The notes under the pieces are model-generated. The model had not been told where the DNA came from. It worked only from the letters and a program-made list of their open reading frames with translations, and made no database searches. A stretch of DNA of 63,502 nucleotides, the filler included, from Licmophora abbreviata (taxonomy: Eukaryota), in the NCBI GenBank assembly GCA_900291995.1. It is 10 parts of 10 records of this genome, joined end to end, with 100 filler letters (N's around TTAATTAATTAA, not from the genome) between each part and the next. Parts side by side here need not be neighbours in the genome. Positions count along the whole stretch, not along the records: positions 1 to 5,665 come from OLMU01005183.1; positions 5,766 to 25,373 come from OLMU01005184.1; 8 more parts are not named here. The stretch is one strand, 5' to 3'. This document shows positions 1 through 10,296 of the stretch, one piece after another. Each line of letters opens with the position of its first letter. Within the stretch, counting starts at the first letter, position 1. Both the position numbers and the translations under genes were made by a program.

Positions 1-102
1 AAGGGGTTGTAAAACCGGTCGGCCGTCGCACGCCCCACTGTTTACGCAATGAAAACGATACCGTCGCAAGCCCTAGCCCAGCAGTCGACTTGACCCGTAC
101 TC

Positions 103-1560
103 TTAGACTTGCTGTGTCCCATACCTTCTTGCCTTTTTCAAACCCAGAAAAGCTTGTTCGTCTTCCGTTATCGTCGCCTCCCGCACTGGTTGTTGCTGTC
201 GCCGTGGCGACGCTTGTTGCGCTTCGGTGCACAGTTTGACTTCGTGAAACAGCTTCAAGTCCACAAAGGTCGCATCCAGAGCGGTCGTGGAAGTGACACA
301 GGGAACAAAGCGCTTGCCCCATTCAATATCTTCCGGCATGTAACTTTGCAAAGCTTGAAACGTCCCGGATGTCAACGGATCAATCCCTTCGACGACACAA
401 ATCAATTCTTGCAGAGGCAAGTGCTCACGAATGTGTTCGAGAGTGGGTCGTGACGTTCGGTGAGGAATGTCAACGAGATTCAACTCTTGATGAGATCCTT
501 GAACAGGAATATCGTCCTTCTTTTCCGTCATTTGATTGTACTTGACGTGCATCCGAAGTCGTCGAAAGTCACCGTACGTTTCACCACAAACTGGACAGCA
601 GATCTCCTCCCTATTCCCCGTAATGCTGTCCACTTCACGCAACAAGAGACCTCCTGACGAAAGTCGGTACTTGTCCGATGCCGAATTTACACTTCTGTCG
701 TACAAGGGTGAATAGTAATCGATTTCGTGCGTCACGACCGTGGGAATGTTGAGAAATAAGACGGCCCCAAAGTCGTCATTCGGGGACACGATCCGAAGCT
801 CCTCCATCCTGGGATGTCCGTCGTGGTCTTTGTGTTTCAATAGTGCATACAGACGCACATGCGCTTCGACCACCCCCTGCCCCGTCTCGACATCATAGAC
901 ACGGACTTGGCATACCAGAGTGCCTCGATCCGTCATGCGAACCACACACTTGTCGGAAAAGACCACCTGAATGGCTCGAGCTTCACTTCTCGCGAGACGT
1001 GCAAAGAAGAAGGCAAAGAGAAAGGCATTGAACATCATGAATGTCATCATTTGAAGGTAAACCATGAAAGTTACGCCGGGGCAGTTTTCAAAGAGCGCGT
1101 TGGACGAGCCGGGGAGTGAATATCCGACGGTTGTTGCGGTTTCCAGACTGAACCCAAAGGCTCCTTGGAACGTGATGCCCTGCGTACCGTATTGAGCGAG
1201 ACCACAATTCACTCCAGGTGCGTTGCGATCCACCATGTAGTATATCCATGCGAAAAGGAGTATCAAGAAGGTCCAAACGACCATCAAAATGAATGCAGAA
1301 ACACGCGTTTCGAGTCTCAAAAAGACATGGAACCAATTGTGCTTGAGCAACCTATAGAGAGTTCTTCTTGAGTTACGATGACGAATGTGTATGGAATTCT
1401 GAGACTGATGATAGGGAAGATTGCGCTCCACGAGTCGAGGAAACTGTGGTTCCAGTTCTTGAGTCGACGACAAACGCGAGAAGCCGCGAAACGTATTTCC
1501 GTAGCTGCGGTTGTTCAACGCGAAGCTGCGAACGCTCTGAGAGAACCTCTCAAGGCTCAT
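103..1560 (-). CDS. Inward-rectifier K+ channel-like (Kir/IRK) protein with a zinc-finger-like insertion
   Basis: TM1 (WTFLILLFAWIYY), pore helix/filter FSLETATTVGYS, TM2 ending FARLAR, Kir cytoplasmic motifs VVFSDKCVV, VVEAHVRLY, HEIDYYSPL, VVEGIDPLTSGTFQALQSY..EDIEWG.RF. First ATG at 1560 (track ORF starts at TTG 1602). Confidence 0.88.
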   Translation of the reverse strand: MSLERFSQSVRSFALNNRSYGNTFRGFSRLSSTQELEPQFPRLVERNLPYHQSQNSIHIRHRNSRRTLYRLLKHNWFHVFLRLETRVSAFILMVVWTFLILLFAWIYYMVDRNAPGVNCGLAQYGTQGITFQGAFGFSLETATTVGYSLPGSSNALFENCPGVTFMVYLQMMTFMMFNAFLFAFFFARLARSEARAIQVVFSDKCVVRMTDRGTLVCQVRVYDVETGQGVVEAHVRLYALLKHKDHDGHPRMEELRIVSPNDDFGAVLFLNIPTVVTHEIDYYSPLYDRSVNSASDKYRLSSGGLLLREVDSITGNREEICCPVCGETYGDFRRLRMHVKYNQMTEKKDDIPVQGSHQELNLVDIPHRTSRPTLEHIREHLPLQELICVVEGIDPLTSGTFQALQSYMPEDIEWGKRFVPCVTSTTALDATFVDLKLFHEVKLCTEAQQASPRRQQQPVREATITEDEQAFLGLKKARRYGTQQV

Positions 1561-1830
1561 TGCGATCGTGTTGCTTTGTGTCACTGGGGATAAGGGCCTC
1601 AAGCACTATGTTCAATGTGTAGCAGTAAGCAATGAATCTTTCGTCGGCAGCGTGAACCTCGGAACAGTTCTTGTTGTGGTCGGCGTTCCGAAATCCAAAA
1701 GATCCACAATCAGTATCGTCTCAAATGTCATGATGTTTTCGGAGTCAAGTGAGTCCATCAAGTCGCACTAGTCGAAACGCCCGCAGCACCTCTCCTCTTT
1801 CCTCTGCTCATCGTTTTTCGAAATTCCACC

Positions 1831-3387
1831 ATGACGACGACGACGACGACAACGATGAATGGCGGCGGCGATGCTGTGGCCCCTTTGGGTCCAGTCGGCC
1901 TCCATTTCGATGCATTCGACATCTTCTTTCATCAAACGCAGAGCTTTCTGACAGCGCGTGAGCTCGGAGTGTTCTCAACGTGCTCCAACCACGTTCGCAC
2001 GCTCATCCGAGATCGGGCCGTCTGGAAAAAGGTCTGGCGGCATGCTTCCAAAGCGTGCAAGAAGTTTCAGACAGAACCACTGGCGTCTGCCGTTCTGATA
2101 CATCGCTACGTGGGCGAGTGCTGGGGCAAGGAGTCGGGGCTACTGGAGTGCTTCCAGAATCCCGACGAGCGCATCCTCGACCGGGTCGGATACGAGCATG
2201 CTGTACGGTGCCTGGTATCGCAACATTGCTTCTACTGCGGACGCATAGCGGGCCATGCGAACCCTCTCACCATGACGCGGACGTGTCATGACTGCTACAA
2301 GCTTGCTTTGGAAGGCCTGGTGGCTTCCAAGTTCATGGCGAAGGAGGCATTTTGTGTTTCCGACGATGATCTGGAGGGGGTGCCGATGGCGTCGCTCGAA
2401 TGCAAACATCGGCTTGTCTTGATTTCCGATGTGATGGCTATTTCGCTCGTCAAATGGGGTGGAGCAGACGGTCTGGAAGCGGAGATTATTTCCATGACAC
2501 AGAGAGAAGTGGATCGCTTCGAGAAGAGTCAAAGTACATCCACGCCCCGGAGTAGGAAGAGGAAGCGTCCCCGCATGGAAGAGCTTTCGCGTCGCCCCGC
2601 CGACGACCCATCATTGATCGGCTTCTCTTTCATGCCTCTTCCCATTGGCACGACTCATGACGTCGTCGACTGTGGTCATGACTTGAAGATGACATTCTCT
2701 GTCAAGTGCAACTTCTGCAGCGTCTGTGGTGGACTCATGACAGTCATGCGTCACGAACGTCTGGAACACAACATTTGCTCCCTGCTCGGGGAGGCTATTC
2801 CTGAATCCCATCCTCCGAGAGATCTCACGTCACTCGCCCTGTTTCATCCTCCTCGGGAACTTATCGATTTTCTGGAGGAGGCTGAAACGCAGTATGGATA
2901 TATCTGTAGACGCCCTCCGACGACCGGCTACCGATATGCGGCTGTGGGTCGCGAATCCACCAGCGATGAGGACACTGCCGAATGCATGACGCTTCGTTTT
3001 GACGAAGTTGTCATTTCTGTCGACTACGAATCTTGTGCGTTTGCAGGTTGTGATGATACGGGATACTTTACCGTATGGTTTCAGCTTGCTCCCAACGCGG
3101 TTCCTTCTGAGGCGTTGTGCATTGGAATTGGCGAGAATGTGGGCAAGCTCTCTGAAGGCAGCACTCGTACCTTTGGTACTCTTTTGGAGTCACTAGGACT
3201 TGTACAGACGACGCCATCGCACCTTTTGGCGGCGCTCATTATGAAGGCTGGGTCTTTGTCTGACTTTTTCGAATACGTCCTTGACGACACGAATCATGCA
3301 TACAAGGATTCCACGGATCGAGGCATGCTGCCAGTCCTCCATGGCGCCATGAAAATTCTCAAGGGGGTACGGAATTCTTCCTACTGA
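1831..3387 (+). CDS. F-box-like + C4 Zn finger/XPA C-terminal-like + C2H2 finger protein
   Basis: 518-aa ORF. FLTARELGVFSTCSNHVR..VWK is F-box-like; CFYC..CHDC followed by KFMAKEAFCVSDDDL..LISDV..KWGG..GLEAE is XPA-like; basic RKRKRPR; CNFC..HERLEH. Confidence 0.6.
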   Translation: MTTTTTTTMNGGGDAVAPLGPVGLHFDAFDIFFHQTQSFLTARELGVFSTCSNHVRTLIRDRAVWKKVWRHASKACKKFQTEPLASAVLIHRYVGECWGKESGLLECFQNPDERILDRVGYEHAVRCLVSQHCFYCGRIAGHANPLTMTRTCHDCYKLALEGLVASKFMAKEAFCVSDDDLEGVPMASLECKHRLVLISDVMAISLVKWGGADGLEAEIISMTQREVDRFEKSQSTSTPRSRKRKRPRMEELSRRPADDPSLIGFSFMPLPIGTTHDVVDCGHDLKMTFSVKCNFCSVCGGLMTVMRHERLEHNICSLLGEAIPESHPPRDLTSLALFHPPRELIDFLEEAETQYGYICRRPPTTGYRYAAVGRESTSDEDTAECMTLRFDEVVISVDYESCAFAGCDDTGYFTVWFQLAPNAVPSEALCIGIGENVGKLSEGSTRTFGTLLESLGLVQTTPSHLLAALIMKAGSLSDFFEYVLDDTNHAYKDSTDRGMLPVLHGAMKILKGVRNSSY

Positions 3388-3542
3388 GAGTGTGTCATAG
3401 ACGTATAGGATAGCAGGATGACGACAAGACAGTAAAATTCCTTTTCAAAGCGCTACTACTACAACTGTACATTATCTGTTGGTTCCAGTCTCTTTTCTTC
3501 GTTCGCATCTTTGGTCGCTATTAGCCTCGCGCATTCGACAAC

Positions 3543-5302
3543 CTACGAAAAGGACAATGTCTCCTTTGCCGTGAGGTGGCCATAATCTCCGAACGTGAAG
3601 CAACCGCACCGTCCAGTCGGATAGACGTGGATCTCTGTGATGGAGCAATGCGCAATCGAGAATCGGGACCATCCCTCGGGCGGGAATTGCATGGCACGGC
3701 AGAGGAAGTAGCGAATCAAGTTGCCATGGCCGACGATAACTTCAAAGTCATCACCGCCATCGTCGGCCCACCCGGCAGAGGGGAAGACACGATGGAAATA
3801 CTTGCGGTAGGCTTCTTCGGCGCGCTCAGCTCTGGGTTTGGGGTTGCCGTAGCCGGGAAGGCACGGGATCGCAGCGGCCGGACTGTACAATGTAAAGCGG
3901 AAGGCGCAAGCGAATTGGCGTGATGGATAAAAGACAAAGGCGGGAGATTACGCAAGAACGATATAGATCACGCAGTGACTTACATTGTCTCATTCAGCAA
4001 ACTGTCGGGTTCGGCCATCGGCACACTCGGAAGATGCTTTTGAATGATCTGAGCACTCTCCTTGGAGCGCGGCAGGCAACTCGTACGAATCACAGAGATG
4101 GGACGACGCTTGTGCAGTTTAGCCAAACGTTTCCCGACCAGTTCGGCTTGGCGGCGTCCCTTCCCTGTAAGGATGCGGTCCTCCGGATCCGTCTCGTGGG
4201 TCTCATACTGACCATGGCGAATCAAGAGGACGCGGCGTGTGGGACCATACTTGGACTCGTCGTACAGGTGCTCCATATCGTCCCAGTTGGTATCCCACAA
4301 GGGATAAGGAAGTAGAGGCTTGAAGTGATTCACTGTGGGTTCCAGGAGCGGCGCCGCGGCGGTGCTAGTTCGACAACGACCTGCTGCCATGTGTGAGAGG
4401 CGAATCTCTTCAACGGACATTGTCTGCTCGTACTTGGGGGTAGCAGTGATGGAATGAAAGTTCACCGCGTTGCCATTGGCGTCTGGGAGTACCGCCACGG
4501 CGTCATCGAACTCGTTTCCTGTCGATGAAAAGGGTGCGGCCGTTGGGAAGACCGCAGTGACCATGCCTTCATTTGTCCCAGTCGGCAGCGACTTGGAAGA
4601 TCGAGGCGGAACGACTACCCAGGATGGCACCAAAGAAGAGCTTGCTTTGAAACTAATCGCTGTCGAGTCGGAGCCAAACGTGAAAGACGATGGGGGTCGA
4701 GGTGTCGTACCAAACATCGCTTCAGCAGGATCGGTCGCCCCATTTGTCGTAGACGACGACGAAAAGGAGGGCGGTGGAAACACAACACTGGTGGTACCAG
4801 CGTGAGAATCCTCGAACGTAGGGCAATGCGAGGGAGGAGTCGTTGGTCCTTGACGCCATGGCGATGACGGAGCTGCGTCAAACATTCTGGCACGTGCAGG
4901 CTGTGCAGGCACTCCAAGCTCGGGTTGTCCAAAGGATTTGCCAGTACAAGTAGAAGACGCAGCTTTTCCAAAGACGATACGGGTAGAAGTAGTGTCTGTT
5001 GCGGGTGGTGCATAAAGGTCGGACGATGGCGGCGATGTTGCATCAACAAAGCCGCCAAAGGAAGCACACGGTGATGGAGCAACACTGCCACCCGGTTGGA
5101 AGGGGACAGTAGAAGTAGACTCCACGACGCGGTCGCCGGTACGATTCGGGTGGCATCCGACCTTTGGATTCGTAGTCCAGGGAAGAGTCACCGACGTTGT
5201 CGTGCTGGCAGGCTGCCGCTCCTGGTTCCAGCAGAACGAGCCGGCTGTGACAGCGGGAGGACTGTTTTCGTTGTTGTCGCTGTGGTCGTTCATCATCTTC
5301 AC
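3543..5302 (-). CDS. PGAM5-like histidine phosphatase with N-terminal FG-rich/GLEBS-like extension (2 exons, intron 3883-3983)
   Basis: WDTNWD, LLIRHGQY, LT..GRRQA, VGHGNLIRYFLCRAMQFPPEGW, HCSIT and GDYGHL match PGAM5. A GTAAGT...TACAG intron joins ORFs 3980-5302 and 3543-3890 in frame (LLNETI-PAAAIP). Confidence 0.88.
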
Positions 5303-5665
5303 CTCCAGTACTGTATTGAAGCGATAGTCGTGTGAGAAGAGTGGATTGTGTCAAGTGTGTTGTCGTTGAGAGGAGGTTTGAATATTTTCGAAACCGCCGT
5401 CGTCCATGATGACGATTTCAAAATGTCAAAATTCCCCCCATTGGCTTTCTGCTTGTGCGACTTCTCTATCAAAAGCGTGTTTCATGTACACCAAGAATGA
5501 GCTTCACAAACGGCAAATCGCCTTGTCGCAACGAATCAATCCATTGTGTGAGTGTGTCCTCTGCAGGAGCATGCATGCATGCATCCACTGCATCGCCATC
5601 CTCCTCGCATAGTAGTGTAGCTAGAGAGCGAGAGTCACCCGCCGGCGATTTCCATGTCATTAAAG

Positions 5666-5765
5666 NNNNNNNNNNNNNNNNNNNNNNNNNNNNNNNNNNN
5701 NNNNNNNNNTTAATTAATTAANNNNNNNNNNNNNNNNNNNNNNNNNNNNNNNNNNNNNNNNNNNN
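5666..5765. other. Assembly spacer (N44-TTAATTAATTAA-N44). Same spacers at 25374-25473, 27804-27903, 31308-31407, 32961-33060, 38203-38302, 42574-42673, 60871-60970, 62030-62129
   Basis: Identical 100-bp N blocks with a six-frame stop linker. Several are flanked by duplicated overlapping contig ends. Confidence 0.97.
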
Positions 5766-6150
5766 CGCTCGTTTGAGGTAGAAGCTTCCAGAGGCACGTT
5801 CCCCAGTGGACCACGGCAAGCAGACTGGGTTGCGGTCGACCTGTGGAGGAGCCTTCTTCGAGCGGTCAGACAGAGACGCGCTGCCGTCTCGTCGTTGTCT
5901 TTCTTCCAAGCGTGACACTCCCCATCGCTCGTACACTGTTGAGCATATACTTACGTATCCACACGAGGATCTATCATCTCTGGAGTCTCCGAGTTGTCGC
6001 AGGTATTCGCCCCTTAAGAATTTAAATTTCTAAATTATGTCTAAACATACTTTATAGATTACGTACACTTCTACGTACTCTTCGCTGAAAAGGGTAGACA
6101 TCATTGGCTCCAAATTCCTTGGATCATTTTGTTTGCTTCGCACCTTGACC

Positions 6151-7749
6151 ATGATCGAACTGAACTCCAAGGCCCAGCCGTCGCAGTCGCTTCCAAAGGA
6201 TTCCATGCCGTCCGATGAAGAGGCAGCGGCTGCTCCTTATCATGCGTGGAAGGACGAAGACGACGAAATAGGACGAGTAGCAAAAACTCAACAAGAGCCT
6301 TTTTGGAAGAACATTGCTACTCTTTCAGGTCATCGACGCAAGTGGTTGGTAACGAGCATGTGGATGTCCATGGCTGCAGTTCTAGGAACGCTTTTACGCA
6401 TTGTTCTGGCGCAGCTCTTTGGGGAAGAGTGTGCGAATCCAGGAACCGTCGGTTGGTTGGCAGCCAGTAGTCCACTTTGTGTGACCAAGGCTGGAGAAAG
6501 TACGCTGGAAGGAGGCATTGTCTTTGCGGATTTGCCCAGTAATTTGCTCGGATCTTTCATCATGGGCATGATGCAGAATGGCGCTGCCTTGGAACTTCCC
6601 ATTGACATTCCAGTCGTCTGGTTGTCTCGATCCAGCAACTTTCAGTATTGGGATATCCTCCATCTCGCCATACGCACTGGCTTTTGCGGTTCGCTCACGA
6701 CGTTTTCCTCGTGGAATTCCGAAATGGTCGTCTTGGTCTTTGGAACGGGCACTACGAATCTCCACAGCGATGTCTTTCGAGCGGCCTTTGGCTATATGAT
6801 TGGTATGGAAACGGCGCTCGGCTCCTTTGTCTTGGGACAACGTGTCGCCTCGTGGATTCATCGCGCGCGGAATCCTGACTTGGCCACGGAGATGGATGCC
6901 ATATACGAACGAAGACAGGAAGGAGTCTACATTCACCCGGAATTACCAGAACTCGAACGAAGGTTCCTTCCAGATCTACGTATGGATGTAGAAAACACGG
7001 ATGGACTCGAGTATTTGGAACGATGGCGTGAGTCGACCTATGATGTGCGGCGTAAGGGAAATGGACTGCTTCCCAACTTGGTGGAGATTGAGAGGACTAC
7101 ATTGATCAAGGGATCGGACATGCTGTCGTCGGAGTCGGAGAGTGTAGCACGGAATGCTGGGTGGGACATCGATGCTTTGCTCGAATGGATTGCACGTCAT
7201 CCACGCGACTCCAAGAACCGTACTCCTGACGAAATACAACATCCACTCTTTCTTTCATTAGAAATCACCTCGCTGATCTTCCTCGCCACAGTCACGTTGC
7301 TCCTGTTGGGACTCGTTCTTGTCAACGACCCTTCTGCCTACTCGGTCACATATCGTACCATGATTTACGGTGCGTGCTTTGCACCCTTCGGTGCCTTGTT
7401 GCGCTGGCACCTCTCGGGCTGGAACGGCAAGTTCGAAAATGCGTTGTGGCATTGGCTGCCGGTCGGTACGCTCAGTGCCAATGTCCTGGGCAGTGTCCTA
7501 TCCATTGCCATGGTGGCTGCGGAGTTGCGAATGATCAGTGGCAACGGCTTCTGGGGAGTCGGTACAGTGCGTGCCATCTAGATTGGCTTTTGCGGCTGCC
7601 TTACCACCGTGAGTACCTTTGTCAGTGAAGTGAGCAAGTTTATGAAGATCTCGCCACAACAATACCGCGCGTACATTTACATACTGGTGTCGTTGGGTAC
7701 AAGTTGCGTTCTGTCCATGATTGTGTATGGCGCCATTGTTCTGATATGA
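6151..7749 (+). CDS. FEX: FEX/Fluc (CrcB) two-domain fluoride channel with in-frame TAG at 7579-7581
   Basis: Domain 1: GTLLR..NLLGSFIMG..RTGFCGSLTTFSSW. Domain 2: GALLRW..GTLSANVLGS..AI*IGFCGCLTTVSTFVSE, continuing in frame to TGA at 7749. Confidence 0.88.
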
Positions 7750-7873
7750 GACATGGACGTTAAGCGGAGAACCAGACTATCGGTGTCTTACAAAAATAAG
7801 GATACTGGGCGTCTATTCTGATTGTCTACTAGATACACACCATTGTTTGTTGTAATGTTGCTGTATATCAAGT

Positions 7874-9127
7874 CTAGAGCTTGGGAGGGCTGGCGCATCG
7901 ACTGCTCCTCCCAACTGGAAGCCCGGTACAAGTAATGCACTCGTCGCCCTCACACTGCACTTGCACTGTCGCATGCTGGATGCCATACTTTTGGCACACA
8001 CAGTAGATATCTTGCAGCACCTGTTGGGCCGTCCGTTTCGTGGTAGCTTCTGTAGCCATGACGTGAACACTGAGCGTCGGAATGCCATGCGAAATACTCC
8101 AAACGTGAAGATCGTGCACTTGTGTGACACCCCGAATTTCTTCCATTTCGCGATGAATGTCAGTCCAAGATAAATGCGGGGGCACTTCCTCCAACAGAAC
8201 GCTAATAGACGAACGCAGCACTCCCAACGTAGAGTAAAAGACCAAGGCACAGAAAAGGAGTGTGCAGAGCGGATCCACAACGACCCACGTCGGCTGCCAC
8301 CAGATGATCAATCCAGCAATCAAAACGGCCACGGACTGTGCCAGATCACCCAGAACATGGAGATAGGCAGCGTGCAAGTTGATGTTGCGAGTAGGCTTTT
8401 GTTTGGGCGGACGAAGCTCGTCCGTGTGAGTCACGGCAGCATAGTCACCGTGACGTGCATGATTCTCTTCGTCGTCGTTGTGATGATGATCGTCGTCATG
8501 CCCGTGCGAGTGGTCATGATCATGGTCATGGTCATGTCCACCGGGCAAATGAACATGATGTTCTCCCAGTACAAAGGCCAGTACGATGTTCACAATGACA
8601 CCAATCGTTGCGATTCCACTCATTAGAGGCCCATCGACAGGCTCCTTTGGAGGGTCTACAAGACGCCTCACTGCTTCTACTGCCAGTCCGATGGAAACCA
8701 GTGCCAATGACACCATACTAAATAAGGCAGCCAAACTTTCCATGCGCTTCAACCCAAACGTGTGCATTTCGGTAGACGGCAGCGACGCCAAGTGCGCCGC
8801 CGCGATGGCCACGACGAAGGCTGCCAGGTCGGCGAGAAGATGAGCGGCATCACTGAGAATCGCCAAGGATCCAGCTAGCCAGCCACCAATGACTTCGACT
8901 AGCAGAAATGTGGCACATAAACAAGAGGCTGTCTTGAGTCTTCGTAACACCATGGCCTGGCGAGTGACTTCATCGTCGTTTGCAGCAGTACCGGTAGGAT
9001 GTCCCTGGCCGGTAAGAAGTGGTCGAGCCTCGTCAGAAGGAGCGACCTCAGGAGCCGCGTGCTCGTGACTATGACTGTGTGAGGCTTCTTCTGTGCACTG
9101 GTGGTCGTGGCTGTGGCTGTGGGACAT
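7874..9127 (-). CDS. Cation diffusion facilitator Zn transporter (ZnT/MTP1-like)
   Basis: SLAILSDAAHLLAD, His-rich loop and N-terminus, NLHAAYLHVLGD, HDLHVWSI, HATVQ. Confidence 0.95.
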   Translation of the reverse strand: MSHSHSHDHQCTEEASHSHSHEHAAPEVAPSDEARPLLTGQGHPTGTAANDDEVTRQAMVLRRLKTASCLCATFLLVEVIGGWLAGSLAILSDAAHLLADLAAFVVAIAAAHLASLPSTEMHTFGLKRMESLAALFSMVSLALVSIGLAVEAVRRLVDPPKEPVDGPLMSGIATIGVIVNIVLAFVLGEHHVHLPGGHDHDHDHDHSHGHDDDHHHNDDEENHARHGDYAAVTHTDELRPPKQKPTRNINLHAAYLHVLGDLAQSVAVLIAGLIIWWQPTWVVVDPLCTLLFCALVFYSTLGVLRSSISVLLEEVPPHLSWTDIHREMEEIRGVTQVHDLHVWSISHGIPTLSVHVMATEATTKRTAQQVLQDIYCVCQKYGIQHATVQVQCEGDECITCTGLPVGRSSRCASPPKL

Positions 9128-9940
9128 GGTAACGGAGTCTTGGGCGGTGCTGCGTCAAACTCCCATGGTGAACTCAGATGTCGCAAGTTTTGAAGCTTTG
9201 AAATTTGGAACTCTCACAAGCAAGTTATGGAATCTGGAACTTCGAAATTTATCAATGGAATGGAATCCTTGCGGGCCACTCATTTCCCTTACCGTTTACT
9301 AGCTTTCAACATATACCAACGAAATGCGTATGTACAAGATAATACAAATTGTACGATAACTCTTGATCTGCTCATCTCAGCTTCATTGAATGCGTGTGGC
9401 AGGTGAGGCAACCGTGACGGGAGGCATTTTTTTCACCATGACGAAGGATGGAGCGACCAAAAAGCATTGGATAGAGTCTTCCGAGTACAAAGGACAGAGC
9501 AGGATCGAAGAAAAGGAGAGAAAAGCCTTCGAAACGGACGAACGGCGACACAGAATACACGCCATGGTGGGAACTTTCTCGTGTAGGAAAACTGTGCGGT
9601 ACGGTGCTCTACGGGGGACTCATAACCCATATTGGATACCGTCGTTTCCTCGGACCGAATACCGAGTGCACCACCGCGGCGGTTCCGTGTCATTCGTTCG
9701 TGGGTCTCTCTTCTGCCGTTTCCTTTGACTCTGTGTATTCGAAGGCTCGTCGGTGGCTGAGTCGTGGCACGTATCGGCGTTTGTCCTATCTGTCGGTGAC
9801 ACTTTGGATCCATCGATCGCGACCCATCAGAATTTTTTTTGCCAAAGCATTCTGTACTCACTCTTTTCGTTACCCTTCCCTCCCTCGGCGTTCTCAGTCA
9901 CTCTCTACTGTTGGATTTTTCTATTTTATACTACTTCATC

Positions 9941-10189
9941 ATGCCCGTCGATCTACTGAATCCATCTGCCGAGACCGAGGCACGAACGCACAAGCTCAAG
10001 CGCCTTGTTCAGTCGCCCAATTCCTTCTTTATGGATATCAAGTGTCCGGGGTGCTTTCAGATTACCACTGTCTTTTCACACGCCCAAACTGTTGTATTGT
10101 GTGGTGGTTGCAATGTTATGCTCTGTCAACCAACTGGAGGACGAGCTCGACTCACCGAGGGATGCTCCTATCGAAAGAAGGTGGACTAG
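9941..10189 (+). CDS. RPS27: 40S ribosomal protein S27 (eS27)
   Basis: [64 protein letters not shown]. Confidence 0.98.
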   Translation: MPVDLLNPSAETEARTHKLKRLVQSPNSFFMDIKCPGCFQITTVFSHAQTVVLCGGCNVMLCQPTGGRARLTEGCSYRKKVD

Positions 10190-10296
10190 ATTACGCTTTT
10201 GTACGAAAAAATGAGCAAGTATAAACTAAAACGCGGCGCTAGTCGAGTACCATTCCATGTTGTTTCGTCAAAAAGCCGTACGCTTAGTCGGAGACA

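Noticed and set aside
5710..5721. Recurring TTAATTAATTAA palindrome as a biological repeat or array
   Set aside because: It is always centred in N runs of identical length, so it is an artificial six-frame stop linker.
5766..5915. Short open frame after the gap (RSFEVEASRG..FFQA*) as a gene tail
   Set aside because: Too short and featureless to support.
7579..7581. Alternative genetic code (TAG reassigned)
   Set aside because: TAG is the normal terminator of clear genes here (RPS27, UTP23, ABCA).
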